From: an uncultured Brevinematales bacterium
GTDB taxonomy: Bacteria > Spirochaetota > Brevinematia > Brevinematales > JAOACQ01
DNA: 64,000 nucleotides
Assembly (NCBI GenBank): GCA_964413265.1
Contig: CAYPRX010000037.1
Coordinates: forward strand, 140,220-204,219
Reading direction: 5' to 3'
Shown here piece by piece: positions 1 through 9,892 of this stretch. Each line of letters starts with the position of its first letter. Position 1 is the stretch's first letter. Below the pieces are notes generated by a model. It ran no database searches and was not told the DNA's origin. It saw only the letters and a list, made by a program, of their open reading frames with translations. Both the position numbers and the translations under genes were made by a program.

Positions 1-718
1 CAGCAAAGCTGTCCCCGGCCCCTGTGGGATCTGTAATATCTCGTAACGGAAAAGATGGAAGGGATACGATAAAATCCTTCCCGAATACCATTACCCCGTT
101 AGCGCCCTTTTTTAATATGACCATCTTAAAATGAGGACGGAAAATTTTTTCAGCCGCCATGACAATATTTTTTTCACCTGTAAGCAGGAAAGCCTCCTCT
201 TCATTGACTATAATACCGTCCACAACATTGAGAACAGCCGAGAGTTTTTCATAACTGCTGCTGATCCAGTAGTTCATTGTATCGAGAATCTTTAGAGTGC
301 TCTCAGGGCTTTGTAAAACGACCTTTTTCTGGATTTCCGGGTCGATATTAGCGAGAAAAAGTATGAAAGGCCTTTTCCTGTATGAGAAAGGGACAACAGG
401 ATCAAACTTTGCAAAGGCGTTCAGCTCAGTGGTTATCGTTTCACGCTTCTCAAAATCCTCGGAATAAACTCCCTCCCAGAAAAAGCTCTTTTCCTCTTTT
501 AATATGTCAATTCCTTCGATACTGCCGGCTTTTGACCTGATAAAATCCCAGTTTTCACTGCTGAAATCTCCGCCAACAATACCTATCAGGTGCGGTTTCG
601 ATAAAAAATAGGCCGCATTAGCGAAATGTGTAAGGGATCCACCCAGCATCCTTTCCCTTTTACCCTTCACAGTATTAATGCTGTCGAATGCCAGAGAACC
701 TACAGCAACAATTGCCAT
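1..718 (-). CDS. PfkB-family carbohydrate/nucleoside kinase (N-terminal part; C-terminus runs off the left window edge)
   Basis: Not in the ORF track because it is open at the window edge. My translation from ATG at 718 reads MAIVAVGSLAFDSINTVKGKRERMLGGSLTHFANAAYF... and reaches the edge at ...PLRDITDPTGAGDSFA, the PfkB signature-2 (DxTGAGD). An SD-like AAGGA lies upstream. Confidence 0.7.
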   Translation of the reverse strand, partial: MAIVAVGSLAFDSINTVKGKRERMLGGSLTHFANAAYFLSKPHLIGIVGGDFSSENWDFIRSKAGSIEGIDILKEEKSFFWEGVYSEDFEKRETITTELNAFAKFDPVVPFSYRKRPFILFLANIDPEIQKKVVLQSPESTLKILDTMNYWISSSYEKLSAVLNVVDGIIVNEEEAFLLTGEKNIVMAAEKIFRPHFKMVILKKGANGVMVFGKDFIVSLPSFPLRDITDPTGAGDSFA

Positions 719-746
719 AAACTGTCCTTATAAGAGGTCTGCCTTT

Positions 747-1742
747 TCAGCGCTTTTTTTTTGCTCCTTGTTTTGCAAGGAGGCCCTTAAATAAAATCGC
801 AGCTCGACTGGCGAGTTTGTTTTTAGTTTCCAGACTGCAGTTCGAGATTCCTATCAGATCCTGTATCCTCCTGGCGACATTTTCCGCCGTTCTGTAAGCA
901 CCGAGCTGGTATATGTAGTAATCAAGAAGCCACAGGTAAAAGTTAATAAGCCTGGGAACAATAATATTCCTTACCTTTTTATCAATATTAAGCGATTTTT
1001 CATAATCCAGGATTTTCTCTTTCAATTCCATATAGTCGTTGTATTCCAGTTTTCTACGGGCTGTCAAGACCTCATAAAGATAGCCGTAAACAGCTATCCA
1101 TTCGAGAATCTCATTATCCTGAAAACCGTCTTGCGCAACAGAAGAATGAAGCTTTTTTATAGCGGGAAATTCGATGTCGTCAATATTCACAAGCTGGGGA
1201 AACCTCAAAAAAGCCTCATTAAACATGACCATAGCTGAATCATTCTCGCCTATCTCATGATAAATATCGCCCAGAAGAATGTAGATCCTTATATCTTCGT
1301 CCCCTCTTGTCATGGACAAGGCATATTCAAGTGTTTCAACGGCCTTATCGAGTATGCCGATTTCATAAAAAGCCTCTCCCAGAACTATTAATGTTTCCCT
1401 TTCTGGAACTGGAGAAAGCCTGTACGATTCTATAAGGAATTCAACTGCCCTGCTATAAACATAATTTTTTATTGATAAAACAGCTTTTTTATTGTCAATC
1501 CGCTGATCGTTGCAAAATTCTAGAAACCTCTCCCATTCTCCAATCAGAACCTCACCGCCTCCCGCCTCGTAGTTAAACAGTTCCTTTCGGTTTTGCCAAA
1601 ATTTTATAATCTTTAATATTTTTTCGTAATCCGGATTGTGAATATCATCTTCCATACCCTTGAGGGTCATCTCTTCCGCCGGACCCAATTCACCCTTCCG
1701 GAGGCTTTGATAAATATCCATTTTTAATAAGATGTTTTCCAT
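747..1742 (-). CDS. hypothetical protein with TPR-like helical repeats
   Basis: 331-aa ORF with SD GGAGGT just upstream of the ATG. Repeat-like helices include LGEAFYEIGILDKAVETLEYAL and LGDIYHEIGENDSAMVMFNEAF. I recognise no family. Confidence 0.5.
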   Translation of the reverse strand: MENILLKMDIYQSLRKGELGPAEEMTLKGMEDDIHNPDYEKILKIIKFWQNRKELFNYEAGGGEVLIGEWERFLEFCNDQRIDNKKAVLSIKNYVYSRAVEFLIESYRLSPVPERETLIVLGEAFYEIGILDKAVETLEYALSMTRGDEDIRIYILLGDIYHEIGENDSAMVMFNEAFLRFPQLVNIDDIEFPAIKKLHSSVAQDGFQDNEILEWIAVYGYLYEVLTARRKLEYNDYMELKEKILDYEKSLNIDKKVRNIIVPRLINFYLWLLDYYIYQLGAYRTAENVARRIQDLIGISNCSLETKNKLASRAAILFKGLLAKQGAKKKR

Positions 1743-1845
1743 GACCTCCTATCACCTCCGTCCGGGGCCGATAGGGCAAATATTAAAAAGCCTTTTATTT
1801 TAACAGATTTTGAGAAATAAATCAATTAGACTTAATTAAGCAAGG

Positions 1846-2478
1846 TCAGGTTAGGGGAGCTGCGTAGGAATTCCATCCTATTATGGCGGTTATGGATTTT
1901 TCCGGCACCAGCGTAAAGCTATCACGACTGCATGAGAGGCCTATTCTTTTGGCTTCAAGTAGCCTCAATATCGTAGGCTGTGAGTTTGTCTTTAAGTCTC
2001 CATAACCGGGGCTGAATCTTTTCGATGGCCAGAGACTTAAAAGAACCTTCTCCCTGGCGAGCAGGCCGTTAATATATTCGGCGAGGGCTTCAACACTTTC
2101 ACTGGCGATGGAATCAAGGATCACTGCTCTCGACATTTCACCTTTTTCCGACAGTCCTGCTATCTCATCTGTGATTTTACTGCCAATTGTGCAGGCAAAT
2201 ATGGTAGCTGAAGAAGAGTTTTTCATGATCAAAGCAAGTTTTTTTGAATGAAAAACGATACCGCCGGCATTTACTGTTTCCTGGTCTGGCAGGAAAACCG
2301 AACAATCGCGGCTTAAACCCTCAGGCTTTATAAATTGTAACGAGTTATCAAGTTCACTTTTTATCAATTCGAGTGATCTTTCATCCAGTCTGGTTTTCTT
2401 TTTATTATAACCCAGACGTCCAAGAATGTTTTTAAGAGAGGGTTTTATAGTGGAAAGCGTGAAATATCTCGTTGTCAT
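1846..2478 (-). CDS. stand-alone MetH activation-domain-like protein (Met_synt_B12-like)
   Basis: 210 aa. The C-terminal RFSPGYGDL...Q...[10 protein letters not shown] pattern resembles the AdoMet-binding activation domain of cobalamin-dependent methionine synthase. Its ATG overlaps the glyQ stop (ATGA). Confidence 0.5.
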   Translation of the reverse strand: MTTRYFTLSTIKPSLKNILGRLGYNKKKTRLDERSLELIKSELDNSLQFIKPEGLSRDCSVFLPDQETVNAGGIVFHSKKLALIMKNSSSATIFACTIGSKITDEIAGLSEKGEMSRAVILDSIASESVEALAEYINGLLAREKVLLSLWPSKRFSPGYGDLKTNSQPTILRLLEAKRIGLSCSRDSFTLVPEKSITAIIGWNSYAAPLT

Positions 2479-3365
2479 ATTGGAATATTTTTATGGTTTT
2501 TCAAAAGTGGAAAGCCCAGATCTTCCCTCTTTTTTAAAAACGCTAAAGCGCATGCTGAAGCAAGCTTTCTTACCCGCAGGATATAGCTTTCTCTTTGAGT
2601 TACGGAAATGGCCCCCCTTGCATCAAGTATGTTAAAAATATGGGAGCATTTCATGGTAAGATCGTAAGCCGGCAGAACTGCGTCCCTATCTATTGCTTTA
2701 AAACATTCGGCTTCATAATCATCGAAAAGCCTCCTGTAAAGGCCGATGTCTGCTATCTCGAAATTGTACTTTGAAAACTCATACTCAAGCTGTTCGTGAA
2801 GGTCGCCGTAAGTAAATTCGGAGTTCCATTTTATATTCTTATAATGATTAACATTCTGAAGGTACATACAGATTCTCTCAGTTCCATATGTTATTTCAAC
2901 CGGAACAGGTGAAAGGTCAATACTCCCAACCTGCTGGAAATATGTGAACTGAGTTATTTCCATACCGTCCAGCCAGACCTCCCAGCCTAGTCCCCATGCC
3001 CCGAGAGTTGGGGATTCCCAATCGTCATGAACGAATCGAATGTCATGCTCCTTCAAAACAATTCCAAGATATTCCAGACTCTTTAAATAGAGATCCTGTA
3101 TATTATCGGGAGATGGTTTTATAATCACCTGGAACTGGAAATAATATCCAAGGCGGTTGGGATTCTCTCCGTACCTTCCATCAGTAGGGCGGCGAGATGG
3201 TTCAACATAGGCAACTTTCCATGGTTCGGGTCCCAGCGAGCGCAGAAAAGTGTCGGGATTAAAAGTGCCAGCTCCCTTTTCAAGGTCATAAGGCTCTCTG
3301 ATAAGGCAACCCTGTTTGCTCCAGTATTCCTTCAGTTTAAATATCACATCCTGAAATGTAAGCAT
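2475..3365 (-). CDS. glyQ: glycine--tRNA ligase alpha subunit
   Basis: 296 aa, GlyRS alpha chain along its full length: [47 protein letters not shown]. Confidence 0.95.
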   Translation of the reverse strand: MLTFQDVIFKLKEYWSKQGCLIREPYDLEKGAGTFNPDTFLRSLGPEPWKVAYVEPSRRPTDGRYGENPNRLGYYFQFQVIIKPSPDNIQDLYLKSLEYLGIVLKEHDIRFVHDDWESPTLGAWGLGWEVWLDGMEITQFTYFQQVGSIDLSPVPVEITYGTERICMYLQNVNHYKNIKWNSEFTYGDLHEQLEYEFSKYNFEIADIGLYRRLFDDYEAECFKAIDRDAVLPAYDLTMKCSHIFNILDARGAISVTQRESYILRVRKLASACALAFLKKREDLGFPLLKNHKNIPI

Positions 3366-3497
3366 AAATCCTTCCTTGACTAAGTTTTGTGGATTGAATA
3401 AAGATCATTATAAGCTGGCAAGGGCTTTTTATCAATTTCAGATAACTTTTTTACGGCCATCTACTGTATGAATGCGTGTGCAGTTTTCATTTCTCCA

Positions 3498-3506
3498 TGC
3501 TATAAT
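3498..3506 (+). promoter_or_regulatory. candidate extended -10 promoter (TGcTATAAT) for purD
   Basis: TG at 3498-3499 and TATAAT at 3501-3506, 32 nt upstream of the purD ATG. The -35 region is poor. SD GGGAG lies at 3526-3530. Confidence 0.35.
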
Positions 3507-3538
3507 ATTGTTTAGCGATTTCTGTCGGGAGTTTACTT

Positions 3539-4837
3539 ATGAACATAGCTGTAATAGGCAGCGGGGGAAGGGAAAATGCGCTTGCGTGGTCTCTATCAAG
3601 GAGTCCGGAGTGCGATAATCTGTTCATACTTCCAGGCAACGGGGGTAGTTCCAAGTATGGAAGAAACGTTCCGGTGGACCTCAGCAGTCCCTTCGACGAT
3701 ATTAAGGAGTTCATAAAGCTGGCAAAAATCGATCTGGTCGTAGTGGGGCCGGAAAAGCCACTTACTGAGGGAATTGCTGATATTTTGAAAAAAACCAAAG
3801 CAACTGTATTCGGCCCCTCTTCAAAAGCTGCAAGACTTGAAGGGAGCAAGGCCTATTTAAAGGAGTTTCTGGCACGCTATGGTATTCCTACAGCGAAATT
3901 CCGGATATTCGATAATCCTGGTATGGCATTAGATTATGTCAAAGCTTCCGGGAGGGGGTTAGTTGTAAAGACGGACGGGCTCGCTGCGGGGAAGGGAACT
4001 GTTGTCTGCGGGACAATGGAAGAGACTCATGAAGCTATAAAGAGGATCATGATCGATAGGGAATTCGGTAGCGCAGGAGAGAGGGTTATCCTTGAGGAGA
4101 TGCTGGAAGGTGTTGAAGTAAGTGTTTTTATTATAACTGATGGGTATGATTTTAAATGGCTCTCCCCGGCACAGGACCATAAAAGGATATATGATAACGA
4201 TCTCGGGCCTAATACTGGAGGTATGGGAGCTTACGCACCTGTTCCGTTTTTAGACGAGGATTCCAAGAAAGTCATAGAAGAAAATATAATTCGTCCGACC
4301 CTGATAGGTATGCAGAAAGATGGATGTCCATACTCTGGATTTCTATATCTGGGGCTTATGCTAACAGCCAGTGGTCCTTTTGTCATTGAATATAACATCA
4401 GGCTGGGAGATCCTGAAGCTCAGGTAGTACTTCCTCTTCTAAAAACAGACCTTATTGATATAATAACAGCTGCAGTCAGAGGCAAGGTTGGAAGGGTAAA
4501 TGTCGAACTTGAAAAAGGTTATTGTGCGGGTGTCGTTCTTGCTTCTCAGGGCTACCCTGGAAATTATTCAAAGGGGTATGAGATCAGCGGCGATCTGGAT
4601 GATGAATCAGGAATCTATGTTTTCCATGCGGGAACCAGGAAAAGGCAGGACGGAACTCTTTTAACTGATGGAGGACGCGTGATGTGTGTTTCGGCGCTCG
4701 GGAGCAATCTTACGGAGGCAATAATCAGGGCATATGAAAAGGCTACACGCATAGATTATCAGGGTGTCACTTACAGGAAGGATATCGGAAGGAAGGGGTT
4801 GAAATACCTTGAACAGAGCCAGTTGAATCAGGCATAA
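3539..4837 (+). CDS. purD: phosphoribosylamine--glycine ligase
   Basis: 432 aa with PurD/ATP-grasp motifs: MNIAVIGSGGRENALAWSL, GPNTGGMGAY, EYNIRLGDPE. Confidence 0.95.
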   Translation: MNIAVIGSGGRENALAWSLSRSPECDNLFILPGNGGSSKYGRNVPVDLSSPFDDIKEFIKLAKIDLVVVGPEKPLTEGIADILKKTKATVFGPSSKAARLEGSKAYLKEFLARYGIPTAKFRIFDNPGMALDYVKASGRGLVVKTDGLAAGKGTVVCGTMEETHEAIKRIMIDREFGSAGERVILEEMLEGVEVSVFIITDGYDFKWLSPAQDHKRIYDNDLGPNTGGMGAYAPVPFLDEDSKKVIEENIIRPTLIGMQKDGCPYSGFLYLGLMLTASGPFVIEYNIRLGDPEAQVVLPLLKTDLIDIITAAVRGKVGRVNVELEKGYCAGVVLASQGYPGNYSKGYEISGDLDDESGIYVFHAGTRKRQDGTLLTDGGRVMCVSALGSNLTEAIIRAYEKATRIDYQGVTYRKDIGRKGLKYLEQSQLNQA

Positions 4838-5493
4838 TATCTTCTGAGCAGCCTTCTTCTCTGAACATAGATATATAAAAAACCGGCGATGATGCCACCA
4901 AAATGCACGAAATAGGCAACATTTGAACCGCTTTCATTCAAGACGCTTGAAAACAGGCCAAGAAACTGACCCGCAATCCATATGGTTATGTATATGAATA
5001 CCGGTATTCTCACGGGCATTATAAAAAATCCCAGAAAAACAAGAGTGAGTATCCTCCTGTACGGGAAAAGCAGAATATAGGCTGTCAATACGCCTGAAAT
5101 GGCCCCGCTGGCTCCAATAATCGGTGCGGGAGAATGACTTGTAAGTGCGGCCTGGAACAATCCGCCGCAAACACCCACCATCAGATAAAAAAGCAAATAA
5201 CGTCCATGGCCAAGAATGTCTTCAATGTTTCCGCCGAAAATGAACAAAAAAAGCATGTTTCCTATAATATGGAAGTATCCCCCGTGAAGGAAAAGATAGG
5301 TTAAAGGTCTATACCAGTTGGAGAACGGATCATTAAAAAAAATTCGGGGGATAAGGGAAAATCTGTAAATCAGGTCATTATCCCTTGCTTCTGAAGATAT
5401 CTGAAGAATAAAAACGATAACATTGGCAATTATTAGAATGCTGTTTACAAGCGGGAAGCTCCTGGGGGGGTTCTCGTCCCTCAATGGTATCAT
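4828..5493 (-). CDS. rhomboid-family intramembrane serine protease
   Basis: 221 aa, polytopic. Rhomboid motifs HGGYFHIIGNM and catalytic GASGAISGVL. The 3' end overlaps the purD 3' end by 10 nt (convergent). Confidence 0.85.
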   Translation of the reverse strand: MIPLRDENPPRSFPLVNSILIIANVIVFILQISSEARDNDLIYRFSLIPRIFFNDPFSNWYRPLTYLFLHGGYFHIIGNMLFLFIFGGNIEDILGHGRYLLFYLMVGVCGGLFQAALTSHSPAPIIGASGAISGVLTAYILLFPYRRILTLVFLGFFIMPVRIPVFIYITIWIAGQFLGLFSSVLNESGSNVAYFVHFGGIIAGFLYIYVQRRRLLRRYYA

Positions 5494-5502
5494 AAGGTAT
5501 CC

Positions 5503-6432
5503 TTACTTGCTTCCGAAAATAAGTGAGGAAGGATTTGAACTGATTTTCTGACTGAATATCTCGAGATTTTTCAGGGTTATATCTAATCTCTCCCTTGTTT
5601 CCTTATCCCTTATAAGTGAGAGGGGGCTTGATTTGTCATATGAAAGCTTTTCGATATCTATGGAAAGGTTTCTCAGCTCAAAGCTAAGGGTCGTTACATT
5701 GCTTACAAGCTCACCGATCTGGTTCGGAGTGAGAGAATTCATACTGCTGTTTAGTTTCTTTGTGAAAGATTCTAGGTTTGCCATAGTTTGATCGACTCTT
5801 CCCATTATATCAGTGAAATTTTTAAGACCATAGCTTAGATCATGGATGCTCTCCCTGAGGTCGCCTTCATTTTCCTTAACTATCCTGTTAAGACCTGCGA
5901 TGAGGTCCATGGTATTCTGAAAGGTCTGTTTGAGTTTATTTGCAACGTCACTGTTATTCGTTGAAAGCAGATTATTAATAGCAGATCCGGCAATTTCAAA
6001 TGTCCGTGAGAAACCGAATGGCGATATGCCGATTATATATTCGTTGTTCGTAAAAAATTCACTTGCCGTGGAATCATAACCGGATACATTGATGTATTTT
6101 TGACCGACAAGACTTGTGGAGTAAATGTAAAAACTGGCCCCCCTGTTTATTTTGTATCTGCCATCAATAAGCACTTTGACAACAATATTACCTTTTTCAA
6201 AAGATATATCGTTAACATAACCTATTGCCGGCCCTCCTGCAACCCGTAGTTTTGCACCAGGCTGAAGATCATCAAGGAAATTATACTGAATGGAAAGGCT
6301 GTAGCCCCCTCCTAGGAGAAAGCTGAATTTACCGGCGAAATAGATAAATATAAAAAAGAGAACGATCCCTGCAAAAATAAAAGCGCCAAGGGTCAAATTA
6401 TTGATTCTCTTACCCCTTTCCATAAACGCCAC
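5503..6432 (-). CDS. MCE/MlaD-family substrate-binding component of an Mla-like ABC system
   Basis: 309 aa. N-terminal TM, then an MCE-like core (LQPGAKLRVAGGPAIGYVNDISFE), then a long helical C-terminus. It lies downstream of MlaE/MlaF-like genes. Confidence 0.75.
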   Translation of the reverse strand: MAFMERGKRINNLTLGAFIFAGIVLFFIFIYFAGKFSFLLGGGYSLSIQYNFLDDLQPGAKLRVAGGPAIGYVNDISFEKGNIVVKVLIDGRYKINRGASFYIYSTSLVGQKYINVSGYDSTASEFFTNNEYIIGISPFGFSRTFEIAGSAINNLLSTNNSDVANKLKQTFQNTMDLIAGLNRIVKENEGDLRESIHDLSYGLKNFTDIMGRVDQTMANLESFTKKLNSSMNSLTPNQIGELVSNVTTLSFELRNLSIDIEKLSYDKSSPLSLIRDKETRERLDITLKNLEIFSQKISSNPSSLIFGSK

Positions 6433-7243
6433 CTCTTTTTTTTGATTTTACATTATTATAAAGTATGCTCTCAAAAGCTGCATTATAATCATCTGTTATA
6501 GGTCCTTCATATCTTCCCTCTGTAAACTGTCTTACATAAGGATTATCGGTTTTTTCCAGTTCTTCCGGTGTCCCGATGAAAATAAGGTTTCCATCATAGA
6601 GCATGCCAATCCTGTCTGAATAGAATTTAGCACTTTTGATGTCATGTGTAACTATGATAAATGTAGTTTTGAGTTTCTGCTTGAGATGTTTTATCAGATC
6701 GTTGATATTGGCAGTTGTAATCGGATCCAGGCCGGTTGTCGGCTCGTCAAAAAGTATAATCGACGGTTCGGCTACCATCGCTCTCGCAAGAGCCACCCTT
6801 TTCATCATACCGCCTGAAAGGGAAGCAATCATAAGATTCTCAATCCCTGGAAGTTCTACAAGTTCAAGGGTCTTCAGCATAAATTCCTGCTTTTCCGACT
6901 CATTCAGATCAGAACGAAGGTGGTCAAGTGCGAAAAGAATATTATCTCCTACAGTCAGCGAATCAAACAGAGCCCCTCCCTGAAAAAGCATGCCGAATTT
7001 ATGGCGGATTTCATCGGCTTTCTGAGAATTCTCGTAATCTATCTTTTCTCCATCTATATATATTTGACCATTGTCAGGGAGCATAAGACCAATAATATGC
7101 TTAAGCAGGACACTTTTGCCTACTCCGCTCTGCCCGATGATGGTGAATGTTTCACCCTCTATAATATTGAGGTTGATATTATGGAGTACTATTTTTCCAT
7201 TCAGAGTTTTACTTAGAGATAATATTTCTATCTTATTGGCCAT
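6410..7243 (-). CDS. ABC transporter ATP-binding protein (MlaF-like)
   Basis: Walker A GQSGVGKS, signature LSGGMMKRVALARA, Walker B ILFDEPTTGLD. Confidence 0.85.
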   Translation of the reverse strand: MANKIEILSLSKTLNGKIVLHNINLNIIEGETFTIIGQSGVGKSVLLKHIIGLMLPDNGQIYIDGEKIDYENSQKADEIRHKFGMLFQGGALFDSLTVGDNILFALDHLRSDLNESEKQEFMLKTLELVELPGIENLMIASLSGGMMKRVALARAMVAEPSIILFDEPTTGLDPITTANINDLIKHLKQKLKTTFIIVTHDIKSAKFYSDRIGMLYDGNLIFIGTPEELEKTDNPYVRQFTEGRYEGPITDDYNAAFESILYNNVKSKKRGGVYGKG

Positions 7244-8022
7244 CAGAAACCTCCCCCATGAAACAGGAGGAATACTGCTCCGAGTATGTAATCCAGCAGG
7301 ATTACTAAGAAGCTGCTGATAACAACTGACCTTATTGTTGATTCACCCACACCGGCAGCTCCGTTCTTTGTTTCGAATCCGCAATAGGTGCTTACGAGGA
7401 GGAGGAAGCCGCCGATTATCATCAGCTTTGAGAAAGACTCAATAACATATCTGATCTTCAGAGTGGCTTGCGCAAATTCTAAATAAGAGGTAGTGGATAT
7501 ATCATAGAAGAGGATCATCATCAGCCAGGAACCGATCATCGATGATGTAATCGAGATAAAGCCAAGGACAGGCAGGGCAAAAATACCGGCTATAAGCTTG
7601 GGAGTAACAAGGTATTCTATAGGGTTTACAGCCAGGGTTTTAAGAGCGTCAATCTGTTCAGTCACCTTCATCGTTCCAAGCTGGGCGGTAACTGATGAAC
7701 AGATCCTGCTTACAACTATTAGTGATGTGAATACGGGGCCGATTTCCTTGACAAGACTGACGGAAAGAGCTCCGCTTATATACTGGGCAGTACCGGCAAT
7801 CACCGCTTCCATAGCACCGCTTAACTGGAGGCCGAGGATAAGTCCTAAAAATAAACCTGTTGCAATTACGATAGGTACCGACTGGACGCCGATCGAAGAA
7901 ATGTTCCTTAAGATTTCGGAGGGCTTTAACATGCTTTTGGGGACAAATTTTACCGCATTGAATGAAAAAATTGTGAATTTCGCTAAATCAAGAAAAAAGG
8001 ACTTTAACCTCTCCATAATCAA
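7243..8022 (-). CDS. ABC transporter permease (MlaE-like)
   Basis: 259-aa polytopic membrane protein. It abuts the ATPase gene with a 1-nt overlap. Gene order is permease-ATPase-MCE. Confidence 0.8.
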   Translation of the reverse strand: MIMERLKSFFLDLAKFTIFSFNAVKFVPKSMLKPSEILRNISSIGVQSVPIVIATGLFLGLILGLQLSGAMEAVIAGTAQYISGALSVSLVKEIGPVFTSLIVVSRICSSVTAQLGTMKVTEQIDALKTLAVNPIEYLVTPKLIAGIFALPVLGFISITSSMIGSWLMMILFYDISTTSYLEFAQATLKIRYVIESFSKLMIIGGFLLLVSTYCGFETKNGAAGVGESTIRSVVISSFLVILLDYILGAVFLLFHGGGF

Positions 8023-8026
8023 TACT

Positions 8027-9439
8027 CTAAACCTCTTCGCCCGCCACTGTGTTCTGTGCTTCCAGGTAACTTGAAAATTTGTCCAGATTATCGAACCGGA
8101 CGCTTTCCTTGCTGAAGACTATCTGAATTTCTCCGGTAGGACCATTCCTCTGCTTCTGGAGAAGAAGATCTGCTGTGTTTTTTCTTTCACTGTTTTTTTT
8201 GTAATATTCCTCTCTGTAAAGGAAGGCCACAATATCTGCATCCTGCTCTATTGCGCCGGATTCCCTGAGATCAGAAAGTATGGGTTTATGGTCACCGCCC
8301 CTTTCATCCACCTTCCTGGAAAGTTGGGACAATACTATTATCGGAATTTCAAGTTCTTTTGCTAACGCTTTGAGGCTTCTTGATATATATGAAATTTCAT
8401 TATTTCTGTTGACTATCATTTTATTCGAGTCGACAGTTGTGATAAGCTGAAGATGATCAATAAACAATGCCTTAATGTCGTATTTTGCCTTTACTCTTCT
8501 TGCCTTTGCTCTTATTTCGTTGAGCGAAATGCCGGGCGTATCGTCGATAAGAATTCTCATCCGTGAAAGGTTTCCTGCCGCATCGACCATCCTGTCCCAT
8601 TCGTTTTCCTCCTTTATTGATGATGTTCTGAGCTGTCCCTTTCTCAGTCTCTGCATATCGATGCGGGATTCGCTTGAAAGCATTCTGAGAGCCAGTTCCT
8701 GATAAGACATTTCAAGGGAAAATATCATTACGGAATTGTTAATATTCATTTTTGCGATATTGGCGGCTACATTAAGCGCAAAAGCTGTTTTCCCCATTGA
8801 CGGTCTTGCAGCTATGACTATCAGGTCGCCGTTCTGGAAACCGCTTGTTTTGTCATCCAGTTCGGTAAAACCGGAAGGGAGCCCGGTATAAAGATGCTTC
8901 GATTTTGAAATTCGCTCAATTCCTTTCAGGGTATCAGTGATTATATCCTTTATCAAAAGATAGTTCGAGCGGAGCTTACGGTTTGTGACATTGAAGATAA
9001 GTCTCTCAGCTTCGTCCGATAACTTTTCAATGTCTGACTGATCCTCGTACACATTGTCGATAATAGTCCTTGCCGCATTTATCAGTTCACGAAGCATAGA
9101 TTTTTCAAGGACGATGCGGGCATGGGATTGAATGTTTGAAAGAGAAGGCACGTTTTCTATCAATTTAGCTATATAGGCGTTTCCGCCCGCTTTCTGCAGA
9201 AGTCCGGAAGATTCAAGCCTGTCCGTTACGCTTACGGTATCAACCGGCTGGTTTTTCTCGCTTAAATCGTTAATTATCCTGTAAATAATCCTGTTTTTTT
9301 CATCAAAAAAATCTTCATCTTTCAATATTTCCTGTATTACCGTGATGGCATTTTTCGACATAAGCATTGCACCGATACAGGACTCTTCAGCCTCTGGACT
9401 GTAAGGAGGTATCCTCTTTAAAAGATCGTCGAATGCCAT
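8027..9439 (-). CDS. dnaB: replicative DNA helicase
   Basis: 470 aa. DnaB N-domain plus RecA-like core: Walker A ARPSMGKTAFALN, LFIDHLQLI, SQLSR, RESGAIEQDAD. Confidence 0.95.
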   Translation of the reverse strand: MAFDDLLKRIPPYSPEAEESCIGAMLMSKNAITVIQEILKDEDFFDEKNRIIYRIINDLSEKNQPVDTVSVTDRLESSGLLQKAGGNAYIAKLIENVPSLSNIQSHARIVLEKSMLRELINAARTIIDNVYEDQSDIEKLSDEAERLIFNVTNRKLRSNYLLIKDIITDTLKGIERISKSKHLYTGLPSGFTELDDKTSGFQNGDLIVIAARPSMGKTAFALNVAANIAKMNINNSVMIFSLEMSYQELALRMLSSESRIDMQRLRKGQLRTSSIKEENEWDRMVDAAGNLSRMRILIDDTPGISLNEIRAKARRVKAKYDIKALFIDHLQLITTVDSNKMIVNRNNEISYISRSLKALAKELEIPIIVLSQLSRKVDERGGDHKPILSDLRESGAIEQDADIVAFLYREEYYKKNSERKNTADLLLQKQRNGPTGEIQIVFSKESVRFDNLDKFSSYLEAQNTVAGEEV

Positions 9440-9441
9440 AA

Positions 9442-9882
9442 TTATTCAGCTAATACTTTTATTTTTACTGTTGCGATCACTCCTTCATCCAGCTTTATCC
9501 TTGCCATATGTTCACCGACTACCTTGATATGGTCAAGAAGTATTTTCTTTTTGTCGATATCAAAACCCTTATCAAGGAATAATTTCGATAGATCGGAACT
9601 TGTGATCGAACCGAATAATTTTCCCTCTTCCCCCGCCTTTGCATGTATCTCGATTTCTTCCTGTTCTATTTTGTCCTTTAATGATACTGCTTGTTCATAG
9701 TATTGTTTTGCCTTTTCCGATAAAGCTGAAGCTATCCTCTGAAGATGCTTTTCCTTGCCTTTTGTGGCAACCTCAACAAGCTTTTTAGGGATCAAAAAAT
9801 TTCTGGCAAAGCCATCTCTTACACTTTTTATATCACCGGCCCTACCAAGCCCTATAACGTTATCAAGCAAAATTACTTTCAT
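9442..9882 (-). CDS. rplI: 50S ribosomal protein L9
   Basis: 146 aa, MKVILLDNVIGLGRAGDIKSVRDGFARNFLIPKKLV. SD AGGAGG upstream. Confidence 0.95.
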   Translation of the reverse strand: MKVILLDNVIGLGRAGDIKSVRDGFARNFLIPKKLVEVATKGKEKHLQRIASALSEKAKQYYEQAVSLKDKIEQEEIEIHAKAGEEGKLFGSITSSDLSKLFLDKGFDIDKKKILLDHIKVVGEHMARIKLDEGVIATVKIKVLAE

Positions 9883-9892
9883 AGAAACCTCC

